DNA of 64,000 bases from NCBI GenBank assembly GCA_964016885.1, contig OZ024745.1, forward strand, positions 4,030,001 through 4,094,000. The letters are read 5' to 3'. The number at the start of each line of letters is the position of its first letter. Position 1 is the stretch's first letter. A program made the position numbers and the translations under genes. Under the pieces are notes generated by a model. That model saw only the letters and a list, made by a program, of their open reading frames with translations. It was not told where the DNA came from and did not search any database. The DNA comes from Eledone cirrhosa. Taxonomy: Eukaryota. Below, piece by piece: positions 15,001 to 28,566 of the stretch.

Positions 15001-18000
15001 GTTTATAGTGTTATAGCTCTCCTTAATCAGAAGATAGAAAGGTAGATGACATCAACACAGTGTAGTTTATAATGTTATAGCTCTCCTTAATCAAAAGTCT
15101 GAAAGGTAGATGACATCAACACAGTGTAGTTTATAGTGTTATAGCTCTCCTTAATCAGAATCTGAAAGGTAGATGACATCAACACAGTGTAGTTTATAGT
15201 GTTATAGCTCTTCTTAATCAGAAGTCTGAAAGGTAGATGACATCAACACAGTGTAGTTTATAGTGTTATAGCTCTTCTTAATCAGAAGATAGAAAGCTAG
15301 ATGACATCAACACAGTGTAGTTTATAGTGTTATAGCTCTCCTTAATCAGAAGATAGAAAGGTAGATGACATCAACACAGTGTAGTTTATAGTGTTATAGC
15401 TCTCCTTAATCAGAAGTCTGAAAGGTAGATGACATCAACACAGTGTAGTTTATAGTGTTATAGCTCTCCTTAATCAGAATCTGAAAGGTAGATGACATCA
15501 ACACAGTGTAGTTTATAGTGTTATAGCTCTTCTTAATCAGAAGTCTGAAAGGTAGATGACATCAACACAGTGTAGTTTATAGTATTATAGCTCTACTTAA
15601 TCAGAAGATAGAAAGGTAGATGACATAAACACAGTGTAGTTTATAGTGTTATAGCTCTCCTTAATCAGAGGGTAGAAAGTTAGATGACATCAACACAGTG
15701 TAGTTTATAGTGTTATAGCTCTCCTTAATCGGAAGATAGAAAGGTAGATGACATCAACACAGTGTAGTTTATAGTGTTATAGCTCTCCTTAATCAGAAGA
15801 CAGAAAGGTAGATGGCATCAACACAGTGTAGTTTATAGTGTTATAGCTCTCCTTAATAAGAAGATAGAAAGGTAGATGACATCAACACAGTGTAGTTTAT
15901 AGTGTTGTAGCTCTCCTTAATCAGAAGATAGAAAGGTAGATGACATAAACGCAGTGTAGTTTATAATGTTATAGCTCTCCTTAATCAGAAGATTGAAAGG
16001 TAGATGACATCAACACAGTGTAGTTTATAGTGTTGTAGCTCTCCTTAATCAGAAGATAGAAAGGTAGATGCCATCAACACAGTGTAGTTTATAGTGTTAT
16101 AGCTCTCCTTAATCAGAAGGTAGAAAGGTAGATGACATCAACACAGTGTAGTTTATAGTGTTATAGTTCTCCTTAATGAGAAGATAGAAAGGTAGATGAC
16201 ATCAACACAGTGTAGTTTATAGTGTTATAGCTCTCCTTAATCAGAAGGTAGAAAGGTAGATGGCATCAACACAGTGTAGTTTATAGTGTTATAGCTCTCC
16301 TTAATCAGAGGATAGAAAGGTAGATGACATCAACACAGTGTAGTTTATAGTGTTATAGCTCTCCTTAATCAGAAGATAGAAAGGTAGATGACATCAACAC
16401 AGTGTGGTTTATAGTGTTATCGCTCTCCTTAATCAGAAGATAGAAAGGTAGATGACATCAACACAGTGTAGTTTATAGTGTTATAGCTCTCCTTAATCAG
16501 AAGATAGAAAGGTAGATGACATCAACACAGTGTAGTTTATAGTGTTATAGCTCTCCTTAATCAGAAGGTAGAAAGGTAGATGACATCAACACAGTGTAGT
16601 TTATAGTGTTATAGCTCTCCTTAATCAGAAGGTAGAAAGGTAGATGACATCAACACAGTGTAGTTTATAGTGTTATAGCTCTCCTTAATCAGAAGATAGA
16701 AAGGTAGATGACATCAACACAGTGTAGTTTATAGTGTTATAGCTCTCCTTAATCAGAAGATAGAAAGGTAGATGACATCAACACAGTGTAGTTTATAATG
16801 TTATAGCTCTCCTTAATCAGAAGATAGAAAGGTAGATGACATCAACACAGTGTAGTTTATAGTGTTATAGCTCTCCTTAATCAGAGGATAGAAAGGTAGA
16901 TGACATCAACACAGTGTAGTTTATAGTGTTATAGCTCTCCTTAATCAGAGGATAGAAAGGTAGATGACATCAACACAGAGTAGTTTATAGTGTTGTAGTT
17001 CTCCTTAATCAGAAGATAGAAAAGTAGATGACATCAACACAGTGTAGTTTATAATGTTATAGCTCTCCTTAATCAGAAGATAGAAAGGTAGATGACATCA
17101 ACACAGTGTAGTTTATAGTGTTATTGTTCTCCTTAATCAGAAGATAGAAAGGTAGATGACATCAACACAGTGTAGTTTATAGTGTTGTAGCTCTCCTTAA
17201 TCAGAAGTCTGAAACGTAGATGACATCAACACACTGTAGTTTATAGTGTTATAGCTCTCCTTAATCAGAGGATAGAAAGGTAGATGACATCAACACAGTG
17301 TAGTTTATAGTGTTATAGCTCTCCTTAATCAGAAGATAGAAAGGTAGATGACATCAACACAGTGTGGTTTATAGTGTTATAGCTGTCCTTAATCCGAAGA
17401 TAGAAAGGTAGATGACATCAACACAGTGTAGTTTATAGTGTTATAGCTCTCCTTAATCCGAAGATAGAAAGGTAGATGACATCAACACAGTGTAGTTTAT
17501 CGTGTTATAGCTCTCCTTAATCAGAGGATAGAAAGGTAGATGACATCAACACAGTGTAGTTTATAGTGTTATAGCTCTCCTTAATCAGAAGACAGAAAGG
17601 TAGATGACATCAACACAGTGTAGTTTATAGTGTTATAGCTCTCCTTAATCAGTAGATAGAAAGGTAGATGACATCAACACAGTGTAGTTTATAGTGTTAT
17701 AGCTCTCCTTAATCAGAAGTCTGAAAGGTAGATGACATCAACACAGCCTAGTTTATAGTGTTATAGCTCTCCTTAATCAGAAGTCTGAAAGGTAGATGAC
17801 ATCAACACTGTGTAGTTTATAGTGTTATAGCTCTCCTTAATCAAAAGATAGAAAGGTAGATGACATCAACACAGTGTAGTTTATAGTGTTATAGCTCTCC
17901 TTAATCAGAAGTCTGAAAGGTAGATGACATCAACACTGTGTAGTTTATAGTGTTATAGCTCTCCTTAATCAAAAGATAGAAAGGTAGATGACATCAACAC

Positions 18001-20866
18001 AGTGTAGTTTATAGTGTTATAGCTCTCCTTAATCCGAAGATAGAAAGGTAGATGACATCAACACAGTGTAGTTTATAGTGTTATAGCTCTCCTTAATCAG
18101 AAGATAGAAAGGTAGATGTCATCAACACAGTGTAGTTTATAGTGTTATAGCTCTCCTTAATCAGAAGATAGAAAGGTAGATGACATCAACACAGTGTAGT
18201 TTATAGTGTTATAGCTCTCCTTAATCAGAAGTCTGAAAGGTAGATGACATCAACACTGTGTAGTTTATAGTGTTATAGCTCTCCTTAATCAGAAGGTAGA
18301 AAGGTAGATGACATCAACACAGTGTAGTTTATAGTGTTATAGCTCTCCTTAATCAGAAGGTAGAAAGGTAGATGACATCAACACAGTGTAGTTTATAGTG
18401 TTATAGCTCTCCTTAATCAGAAGATAGAAAGGTAGATGACATCAACACAGTGTAGTTTATAGTGTTATAGCTCTCCTTAATCAGAAGATAGAAAGGTAGA
18501 TGACATCAACACAGTGTAGTTTATAATGTTATAGCTCTCCTTAATCAGAAGATAGAAAGGTAGATGACATCAACACAGTGTAGTTTATAGTGTTATAGCT
18601 CTCCTTAATCAGAGGATAGAAAGGTAGATGACATCAACACAGTGTAGTTTATAGTGTTATAGCTCTCCTTAATCAGAGGATAGAAAGGTAGATGACATCA
18701 ACACAGAGTAGTTTATAGTGTTGTAGTTCTCCTTAATCAGAAGATAGAAAAGTAGATGACATCAACACAGTGTAGTTTATAATGTTATAGCTCTCCTTAA
18801 TCAGAAGATAGAAAGGTAGATGACATCAACACAGTGTAGTTTATAGTGTTATTGTTCTCCTTAATCAGAAGATAGAAAGGTAGATGACATCAACACAGTG
18901 TAGTTTATAGTGTTGTAGCTCTCCTTAATCAGAAGTCTGAAACGTAGATGACATCAACACACTGTAGTTTATAGTGTTATAGCTCTCCTTAATCAGAGGA
19001 TAGAAAGGTAGATGACATCAACACAGTGTAGTTTATAGTGTTATAGCTCTCCTTAATCAGAAGATAGAAAGGTAGATGACATCAACACAGTGTGGTTTAT
19101 AGTGTTATAGCTGTCCTTAATCCGAAGATAGAAAGGTAGATGACATCAACACAGTGTAGTTTATAGTGTTATAGCTCTCCTTAATCCGAAGATAGAAAGG
19201 TAGATGACATCAACACAGTGTAGTTTATAGTGTTATAGCTCTCCTTAATCAGAGGATAGAAAGGTAGATGACATCAACACAGTGTAGTTTATAGTGTTAT
19301 AGCTCTCCTTAATCAGAAGTCTGAAAGGTAGATGACATCAACACAGTGTAGTTTATAGTGTTATAGCTCTCCTTAATCAGAGGATAGAAAGATAGATGAC
19401 ATCAACACAGTGTAGTTTATAGTGTTATAGCTCTCCTTAATCAGAGGATAGAAAGGTAGATGACATCAACACAGTGTAGTTTATAGTGTTATAGCTCTCC
19501 TTAATCAGAAGACAGAAAGGTAGATGACATCAACACAGTGTAGTTTATAGTGTTATAGCTCTCCTTAATCAGTAGATAGAAAGGTAGATGACATCAACAC
19601 AGTGTAGTTTATAGTGTTATAGCTCTCCTTAATCAGAAGTCTGAAAGGTAGATGACATCAACACAGTGTAGTTTATAGTGTTATAGCTCTCCTTAATCAG
19701 AAGATAGAAAGGTAGATGACATCAACACAGTGTAGTTTATAGTGTTATAGCTCTCCTTAATGAGAGGATAGAAAGGTAGATGACATCAACACAGTGTAGT
19801 TTATAGTGTTATAGCTATCCTTAATCAGAAGTCTGAAAGGTAGATGACATCAACACAGTGTAGTTTATAGTGTTATAGCTCTCCTTAATCAGAAGATAGA
19901 AAGGTAGATGACATCAACACAGTGTGGTTTATAGTGTTATAGCTCTCCTTAATCAGAAGATAGAAAGGTAGATGACATCAACACAGTGTAGTTTATAGTG
20001 TTATAGCTCTCCTTAATCAGAGGATAGAAAGGTAGATGACATCAACACAGTGTAGTTTATAGTGTTATAGCTCTCCTTAATCAGAAGATAGAAAGCTAGA
20101 TGACATCAACACAGTGTAGTTTATAGTGTTATAGCTCTCCTTAATCAGAAGACAGAAAGGTAGATGACATCAACACTGTGTAGTTTATAGTGTTATAGCT
20201 CTCCTTAATCAGTAGATAGAAAGCTAGATGACATCAACACAGTGTAGTTTATAGTGTTATAGCTCTCCTTAATCAGAAGATAGAAAGGTAGATGACATCA
20301 ACACAGTGTAGTTTATAGTGTTATAGCTCTCCTTAATCAGAAGATAGAAAGGTAGATGCCATCAACACAGTGTAGTTTATAGTGTTATAGCTCTCCTTAA
20401 TCAGAAGATAGAAAGGTAGATGACATCAACACAGTGTAGTTTATAGTGTTATAGCTCTCCTTAATCAGAAGATAGAAAGCTAGATGACATCAACACAGTG
20501 TAGTTTATAGTGTTATAGCTCTCCTTAATCAGTAGATAGAAAGCTAGATGACATCAACACAGTGTAGTTTATAGTGTTATAGCTCTCCTTAATCAGAAGA
20601 TAGAAAGGTAGATGACATCAACACAGTGTAGTTTATAGTGTTATAGCTCTCCTTAATCAGAAGATAGAAAGGTAGATGCCATCAACACAGTGTAGTTTAT
20701 AGTGTTATAGCTCTCCTTAATCAGAAGATAGAAAGGTAGATGACATCAACACAGTGTAGTTTATAGTGTTATAGCTCTCCTTAATCAGAAGATAGAAAGG
20801 TAGATGACATCAACACAGTGTGGTTTATAGTGTTATAGCTCTCCTTAATCAGAAGTCTGAAAGGTA
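1..20866. repeat. 64-bp satellite array (~326 monomers, runs off the left edge) with higher-order repeat structure
   Basis: Monomer GTTATAGCTCTCCTTAATCAGAAGATAGAAAGGTAGATGACATCAACACAGTGTAGTTTATAGT repeats at 1, 65, 129 and onward; the array ends at ...GTCTGAAAGGTA (20866). Diagnostic variants recur at ~3-kb spacing. Confidence 0.98.
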
Positions 20867-21618
20867 CACATCACCACCAACACACTACTGGGTAGAAACT
20901 CTAATTTTTCTTGTACAGATAAAATATTGTATAACAACAGTACCCTTAGATCTTAGTTCTTAATATGGATTTTTTAACATCCTTTCATTATTTAGCAGAA
21001 AATATCTAAAACCATATTTGTTAACTCAAATGTTGTCGTATCTTTACTAGTGGACAGATCATTGTGAAAATGTACAGTATTAGGACAAAGGCTTTCATTT
21101 TTTATACAATGTAGTCATAGTGATGTTTTATATTGTTTAAGAATGTCTTGCTAATATGATTTCATGTGGTACTGGATATTAAGAGTTAAAGGCATGTCTA
21201 AGAAAGGACTTTGGCTATCTTATTACCTGTGGAAATTTCCTACGTTTTAATCTTTAGTGTTGGTGTTATCCTCTTCTAGTTAATGTTATTGGAGAGAGCT
21301 TGGGGAATGAGGTGTAGAGCCAAGGACAATGGTGGATTTTAAATAGTTTGGAAAACATTGCTTTAAAAAAGTACTGTGATTATGAAATTAAGATTCTAGA
21401 CAAATGGCATTATGATTCTAATCTTGTAAGAGCTACTGTGTTGTCTTTCTCAGTTTCTCATAGACCACCATCTTTACAACTGAACATAATACTCAACTAC
21501 AACGTGAGCCAGCTGTAAAAGATACTTGTTTTTCTAGTCATATATAACATACACACTCCATACAGTCCTACATCCATTATTATTTATCTTTTGTGTCATT
21601 TTAATTGTTTCTCTTCTA

Positions 21619-24600
21619 CAGTTGACCATACACTAAACACTTTGACCACACATCCCTCACAGTTGACCATACACTAAACACTTTGACCACACATCCCTCA
21701 CAGTTGACCATACACTAAACACTTTGACCACACATCCCTCACAGTTGACCATAGACTAAACACTTTGACCACACCTCCCTCAGTTGAACATACACTAAAA
21801 ACTTTGACCACACATCCCTCACAGTTGACCATACACTAAACACTTTGACCGTGCATCCCTCACAGTTGACCATACACTAAACACTTTGACCACACATCCC
21901 TCACAGTTAACCATACACTAAACACTTTGACCACACATCCCTCACAGTTGACCATACACTAAACACTTTGACCACACATCCCTCACAGTTAACCATACAC
22001 TAAACACTTTGACCACACATCCCTCACAGTTGACCATACACTAAACACTTTGACCACACATCCCTCACAGTTGACCATACACTAAACACTTTGACCACAC
22101 ATGCCTCACAGTTGACCATACACTAAACACTGACCACACATCCCTCACAGTTGACCATACTCTAGACACTTTGACCACATATCCCTCACAGTTAACCATA
22201 CACTAAACACTTTGACCACACATCCCTCACAGTTGACCATACACTAAACACTTTGACCACACATGCCTAACAGTTGACCATACACTAAACACTTTGACCA
22301 CACATCCCTCACAGTTGACCATACACTAAACACTTTGACCACACATCCCTCACAGTTAACCATACACTAAACACTTTGACCACACATCCCTCACACTTGA
22401 CCATACACTAAACACTTTGACCACACATCCCTCACAGTTGACCATACACTAAACACTTTGACCACACATGCCTAACAGTTGACCATACACTAAACATTTT
22501 GACCACACATCCCTCACAGTTGACCATACACTAAACTTTGACCACACATCCCTCAGTTGGCCATACACTAAACACTTTGACCACACATCCCTCACAGTTG
22601 ACCATACACTAAACACTTTCACCACACATCCCTCACAGTTGACCATACACTAAACACTGACCATACACTAAACACTAACCACACATCCCTCACAGTTGAC
22701 CATACACTAAACACTTTGACCACACATCCCTCACAGTTAACCATACACTAAACACTTTGACCACACATCCCTCACAGTTGACCATACACTAAACACTTTG
22801 ACCACACACCCCTCACAGTTGACCATAGACTAAATACTTTAACCATGCATCCCACACAGTTGACCATACACAACACTTTGACCACACATCCCTCACAGTT
22901 GACCATACACTAAACACTGACCACACATCCCTCACAGTTGACCATACACTAAACACTTTGACCACACATCCCTCACAGTTGACCATACACTAAACACTGA
23001 CCACACATCCCTCACAGTTGACCATACACTAAACACTTTGACCACACATCCCTAAGTTGATCATACACTAAACACTTTGACCACACATGCCTCACAGTTG
23101 ACCATACACTAAACACTTTGACCACACATCCCTCACAGTTGACCATACACTAAACACTGACCATACACTAAACACTTTAACCACACATCCCTCACAGTTG
23201 ACCATACACTAAACACTTTGACCACACATCCCTCACAGTTAACCATACACTAAACACTTTGACCACACATCCCTCACAGTTGACCATACACTAAACACTG
23301 ACCACACACCCCTCACAGTTGACCATAGACTAAATACTTTAACCATGCATCCCACACAGTTGACCATACACAACACTTTGACCACACATCCCTCACAGTA
23401 GACCATACACTAAACACTTTGACCACACATCCCTCACAGTTGACCATACACTAAACACTTTGACCACACATCCCTCACAGTTGACCATACACTAAACACT
23501 GACCACACATCCCTCACAGTTGACCATACACTAAACACTTTGACCACACATCCCTAAGTTGATCATACACTTAACACTTTGACCACACATGCCTCACAGT
23601 TGACCATACACTAAACACTGACCACACATCCCTCACAGTTGACCATACACTAAACACTTTGACCACACATCCCTCACATTTAAACATACACTAAACACTT
23701 TGACCACACATCCCTCACAGTTGACCATACACTAAAACACTTTGACCACACATGCCTCAGTTGACCATACACTAAACACTTTGACCACACATCCCTCACA
23801 GTTGACCATACACTAAACACTTTGACCACACCTCCCTCACAGTTGACCATACACTAAACACTTTGACCACACACCTCACAGTTGACCATACACTAAATAC
23901 TTTAACCACGCATCCCACACAGTTGACCATACACTAAACACTTTGACCACACATCCCTCACACTTGACCATACACTAAACACTTTGACCACACATCCCTC
24001 ACAGTTGACCATACACTAAACACTTTGACCGCATATCCCTCACAGTTGACCATACACTAAACACCTTGACCACACATCCCTCACAGTTGACCATACACTA
24101 AATACTTTAACCACACATCCCACACAGTTGACCATACACTGAACACTTTGACCACACATCTCTCACAGTTGACCATACACTAAACACTTTGACCGCATCT
24201 CCCTCACAGTTGACCATGCACTAGACACTTTGACCACACATCCCTCACAGTTGACCATACACTAAACACTTTGACCACACATCCCTCACAGTTGACCATA
24301 CACTAAACACTTTGACCACACATCCCTCAGTTGACCACACATCCCACAGTTGACCATACACTAAACACTTTGACCACACATCCATCACAGTTGACCATAC
24401 ACTAAACACTTTGACCACACATCCCTCAGTTGACCATACACTAAACACTTTGACCACACATCCCTCACAGTTGACCATACACTAAACACTTTGACCACAC
24501 ATCCCTCACAGTTGACCATACTCTAGACACTTTGACCACACATCCCTCACAGTTAACCATACACTAAACACTTGGATCACACATCCCTCACAGTTCACCA

Positions 24601-26871
24601 TACACTAAACACTGACCACACATCCCTCACAGTTGACCATACACTAAACACTTTGACCACACATTCCTCACAGTTGACCATACACTAAACACTTTGACCA
24701 CACATCCCTCACACTTGACCATACACTAAACACTTTGACCACACATTCCTCACAGTTGACCATACACTAAACACTTTGACCACACATCCCTCACAGTTGA
24801 CCATACACTAAACACTTTGACCACACATCCCTCACAGTTGACCATACACTAAACACTTTGACCACACATCCCTCACAGTTGACCATACACTAAACACTTT
24901 GACCACACATCCCTCACAGTTGACCATACACTAGACACTGACCATGCATCCCTCACAGTTGACCATACACTAGACACTGACCATGCATCCCTCACAGTTG
25001 ACCATACACTAAACACTTTGACCACACATCCCTCACAGTTGACCATACACTAAACACTTTGACCACACATCCCTCACAGTTGACCATACACTAAACACTT
25101 TGACCACACATCCCTCACAGTTGACCATACACTAAACACTTTGACCACACATCCCTCACAGTTGACCATACACTAAACACTTTGACCACACATCCCTCAC
25201 AGTTGACCATACACTAAACACTTTGACCACACATCCCTCACAGTTGACCATACACTAAACTCTTTGACCACACATCCCTCACAGTTGACCATACACTAAA
25301 CACTTTGACCACACATCCCTCACAGTTGACCATACACTAGACACTGACCATGCATCCCTCACAGTTAACCATACACTAAACACTTTGACCACACATCCCT
25401 CACAGTTGACCATACACTAAACACTTTGACCACACATCCCTCACAGTTGACCATACACTAAACACTTTGACCACACATCCCTCACAGTTGACCATACACT
25501 AAACACTTTGACCACACATCCCTCACAGTTGACCATACACTAAACACTTTGACCACACATCCCTCACAGTTGACCATACACTAAACACTTTGACCACACA
25601 TCCCTCACAGTTGACCATACACTAAACACTTTGACCACACATCCCTCACAGTTGACCATACACTAAACACTTTGACCACACATCCCTCACAGTTGACCAT
25701 ACACTAAACACTTTGACCACACATCCCTCACAGTTGACCATACACTAGACACTGACCATGCATCCCTCACAGTTAACCATACACTAAACACTTTGACCAC
25801 ACATCCCTCACAGTTGACCATACACTAAATACTTTAACCACGCATCCCTCACAGTTGACCATACACTAAACACTTTGACCACACATCCCTCACAGTTGAC
25901 CATACACTAAATACTTTAACCACGCATCCCACACAGTTGACTATACACTAAACATTTTGACCACACATCCCTCACAGTTGACCATACACTAAACACTTTG
26001 ACCACACATCCCTCACAGTTGACCATACACTAAACACTTTGACCACACATCCCTCACAGTTGGCCATACACTAAATACTTTAACCACGCATCCCACACAG
26101 TTGACTATACACTAAACATTTTGACCACACATCCCACACAGTTGACCATACACTAAACACTTTGACCACACATCCCTCACAGTTGACCATACACTAGACA
26201 CTTTGACCACACATCCCTCACAGTTGACCATACACTAGACACTTTGACCACACATCCCTCACAGTTGACCATACATTAAACACTTTGACCACACATCCCT
26301 CACAGTTGACCATACACTAAACACTTTGACCACACATCCCTCAGTTGACCATACACTAAACACTGACCACACATCCCTCACAGTTGACCATACACTAAAC
26401 ACTTTGACCACACATCCCTCACAGTTGACTATACACTAAACACTTTGACCACACATCCCTCACAGTTGACCATACACTAAACACTTTGACCACACATCCC
26501 TCACAGTTGACTATACACTAAACACTTTGACCACACATCCCTCACAGTTGACTATACACTAAACACTTTGACCACACATCCCTCACAGTTGACCATACAC
26601 TAAACACTTTGACCACACATCCCTCACAGTTGACCATACACTAAACACTTTGACCACACATCCCTCACAGTTGACTATACACTAAACACTTTGACCACAC
26701 ATCCCTCACAGTTGACCATACACTAAACACTTTGACCACACATCCCTCACAGTTGACTATACACTAAACACTTTGACCACACATCCCTCACAGTTGACCA
26801 TACACTAAACACCTTGACCACACATCCCTCACAGTTGACCATACACTAAACACTTTAACGACGCATCCCAC
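21619..26871. repeat. 41-bp satellite array (~128 monomers)
   Basis: Unit CAGTTGACCATACACTAAACACTTTGACCACACATCCCTCA (GTTGACC at 21621, 21662...). Internally a dimer of two TTGACCA-containing halves; 39-bp deletion variants are present. Confidence 0.97.
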
Positions 26872-26902
26872 AAGAACTGCATTATCCTACCTTCTCCAAT
26901 CT

Positions 26903-27045
26903 AACTATCCGCTAGCTGGTCCTACAAAGGACAGAGACATCATCTATACCAATCTATCCGCTAGGTGGTGTAGCATAATACCAATTTAACTATCTGCTAG
27001 GTGGTCCAGCATCATCCAGACCAATCTGTTTGCTAGGTGGTCCTT
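26903..27045. repeat. Degenerate short repeat, 4 copies of a GCTAG(G/C)TGGT core
   Basis: CTATCCGCTAGCTGGTCC, CTATCCGCTAGGTGGTG, CTATCTGCTAGGTGGTCC and TTGCTAGGTGGTCC occur at irregular ~35-50 bp spacing. Confidence 0.6.
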
Positions 27046-27139
27046 CAAAGGTCAGGGACTCCGCATTGCTCTGATTTCAAAACACACTGAATTCAACTTT
27101 GTCTTTCATCTCTCTCTCAGAAATCAGCTGGATCTAAAG

Positions 27140-28566
27140 AGAGATGGACTCTGCCAGACTTCAACTGGCCAAGATACACTGTATGTCACTAACACATCCC
27201 TGTCTCCAGAGATGGACTCTGCCAGACTTCAACTGGCCAAGATACACTGTATGTCACTAACACATCCCTGTCTTCAGAGATGGACTCTGCCAGACTTCAA
27301 CTGGCCAAGATACACTGTATGTCACTAACACATCCCTGTCTCCAGAGTTGGACTCTGCCAGACTTCAACTGGCCAAGATACACTGTATGTCACTAACACA
27401 TCCCTGTCTCCAGAGTTGGACTCTGCCAGACTTCAACTGGCCAAGATACACTGTATGTCACTAACACATCCCTGTCTTCAGAGTTGGACTCTGCCAGACT
27501 TCAACTGGCCAAGATACACTGTATCTCACTAACACATCCCTGTCTCCAGAGATGGACTCTGCCAGACTTCAACTGGCCAAGATACACTGTATGTCACTAA
27601 CACATCCCTGTCTCCAGAGTTGGACTCTGCCAGACTTCAACTGGCCAAGATACACTGTATGTCACTAACACATCCCTGTCTTCAGAGATGGACTCTGCCA
27701 GACTTCAACTGGCCAAGATACACTGTATGTCACTAACACATCCCTGTCTTCAGAGATGGACTCTGCCAGACTTCAACTGGCCAAGATACACTGTATGTCA
27801 CTAACACATCCCTGTCTTCAGAGATGGACTCTGCCAGACTTCAACTGGCCAAGATACACTGTATGTCACTAACACATCCCTGTCTTCAGAGATGGACTCT
27901 GCCAGACTTCAACTGGCCAAGATACACTGTATGTCACTAACACATCCCTGTCTCCAGAGATGGACTCTGCCAGACTTCAACTGGCCAAGATACACTGTAT
28001 GTCACTAACACATCCCTGTCTCCAGAGATGGACTCTGCCAGACTTCAACTGGCCAAGATACACTGTATGTCACTAACACATCCGTCTCCAGAGATGGACT
28101 CTGCCAGACTTCAACTGGCCAAGATACACTGTATGTCACTAACACATCCCTGTTTCCAGAGATGGACTCTGCCAGACTTCAACTGGCCAAGATACACTGT
28201 ATCTCACTAACACATCCCTGTCTCCAGAGATGGACTCTGCCAGACTTCAACTGGCCAAGATACACTGTATCTCACTAACACATCCCTGTCTCCAGAGATG
28301 GACTCTGCCAGACTTCAACTGGCCAAGATACACTGTATGTCACTAACACATCCCTGTTTCCAGAGATGGACTCTGCCAGACTTCAACTGGCCAAGATACA
28401 CTGTATCTCACTAACACATCCCTGTCTCCAGAGATGGACTCTGCCAGACTTCAACTGGCCAAGATACACTGTATCTCACTAACACATCCCTGTCTCCAGA
28501 GATGGATTCTGCCAGACTTCAACTGGCCAAGATACACTGTATCTCACTAACACATCCCTGTTTCCA
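27140..28566. repeat. 68-bp minisatellite array (~21 monomers)
   Basis: Unit AGAGATGGACTCTGCCAGACTTCAACTGGCCAAGATACACTGTATGTCACTAACACATCCCTGTCTCC (GAGATGG at 27141, 27209...); very homogeneous. Confidence 0.97.

Noticed and set aside
21580-21640. Strong acceptor-like tract (TTTCTCTTCTACAG) at the start of the 41-bp array as a MICU1 exon
   Set aside because: The downstream sequence is satellite with early stops and no MICU1 similarity.
22449-28210. ORF-track peptides in the 41-bp and 68-bp arrays
   Set aside because: Chance stop-free frames of satellite DNA; no splice or homology support.
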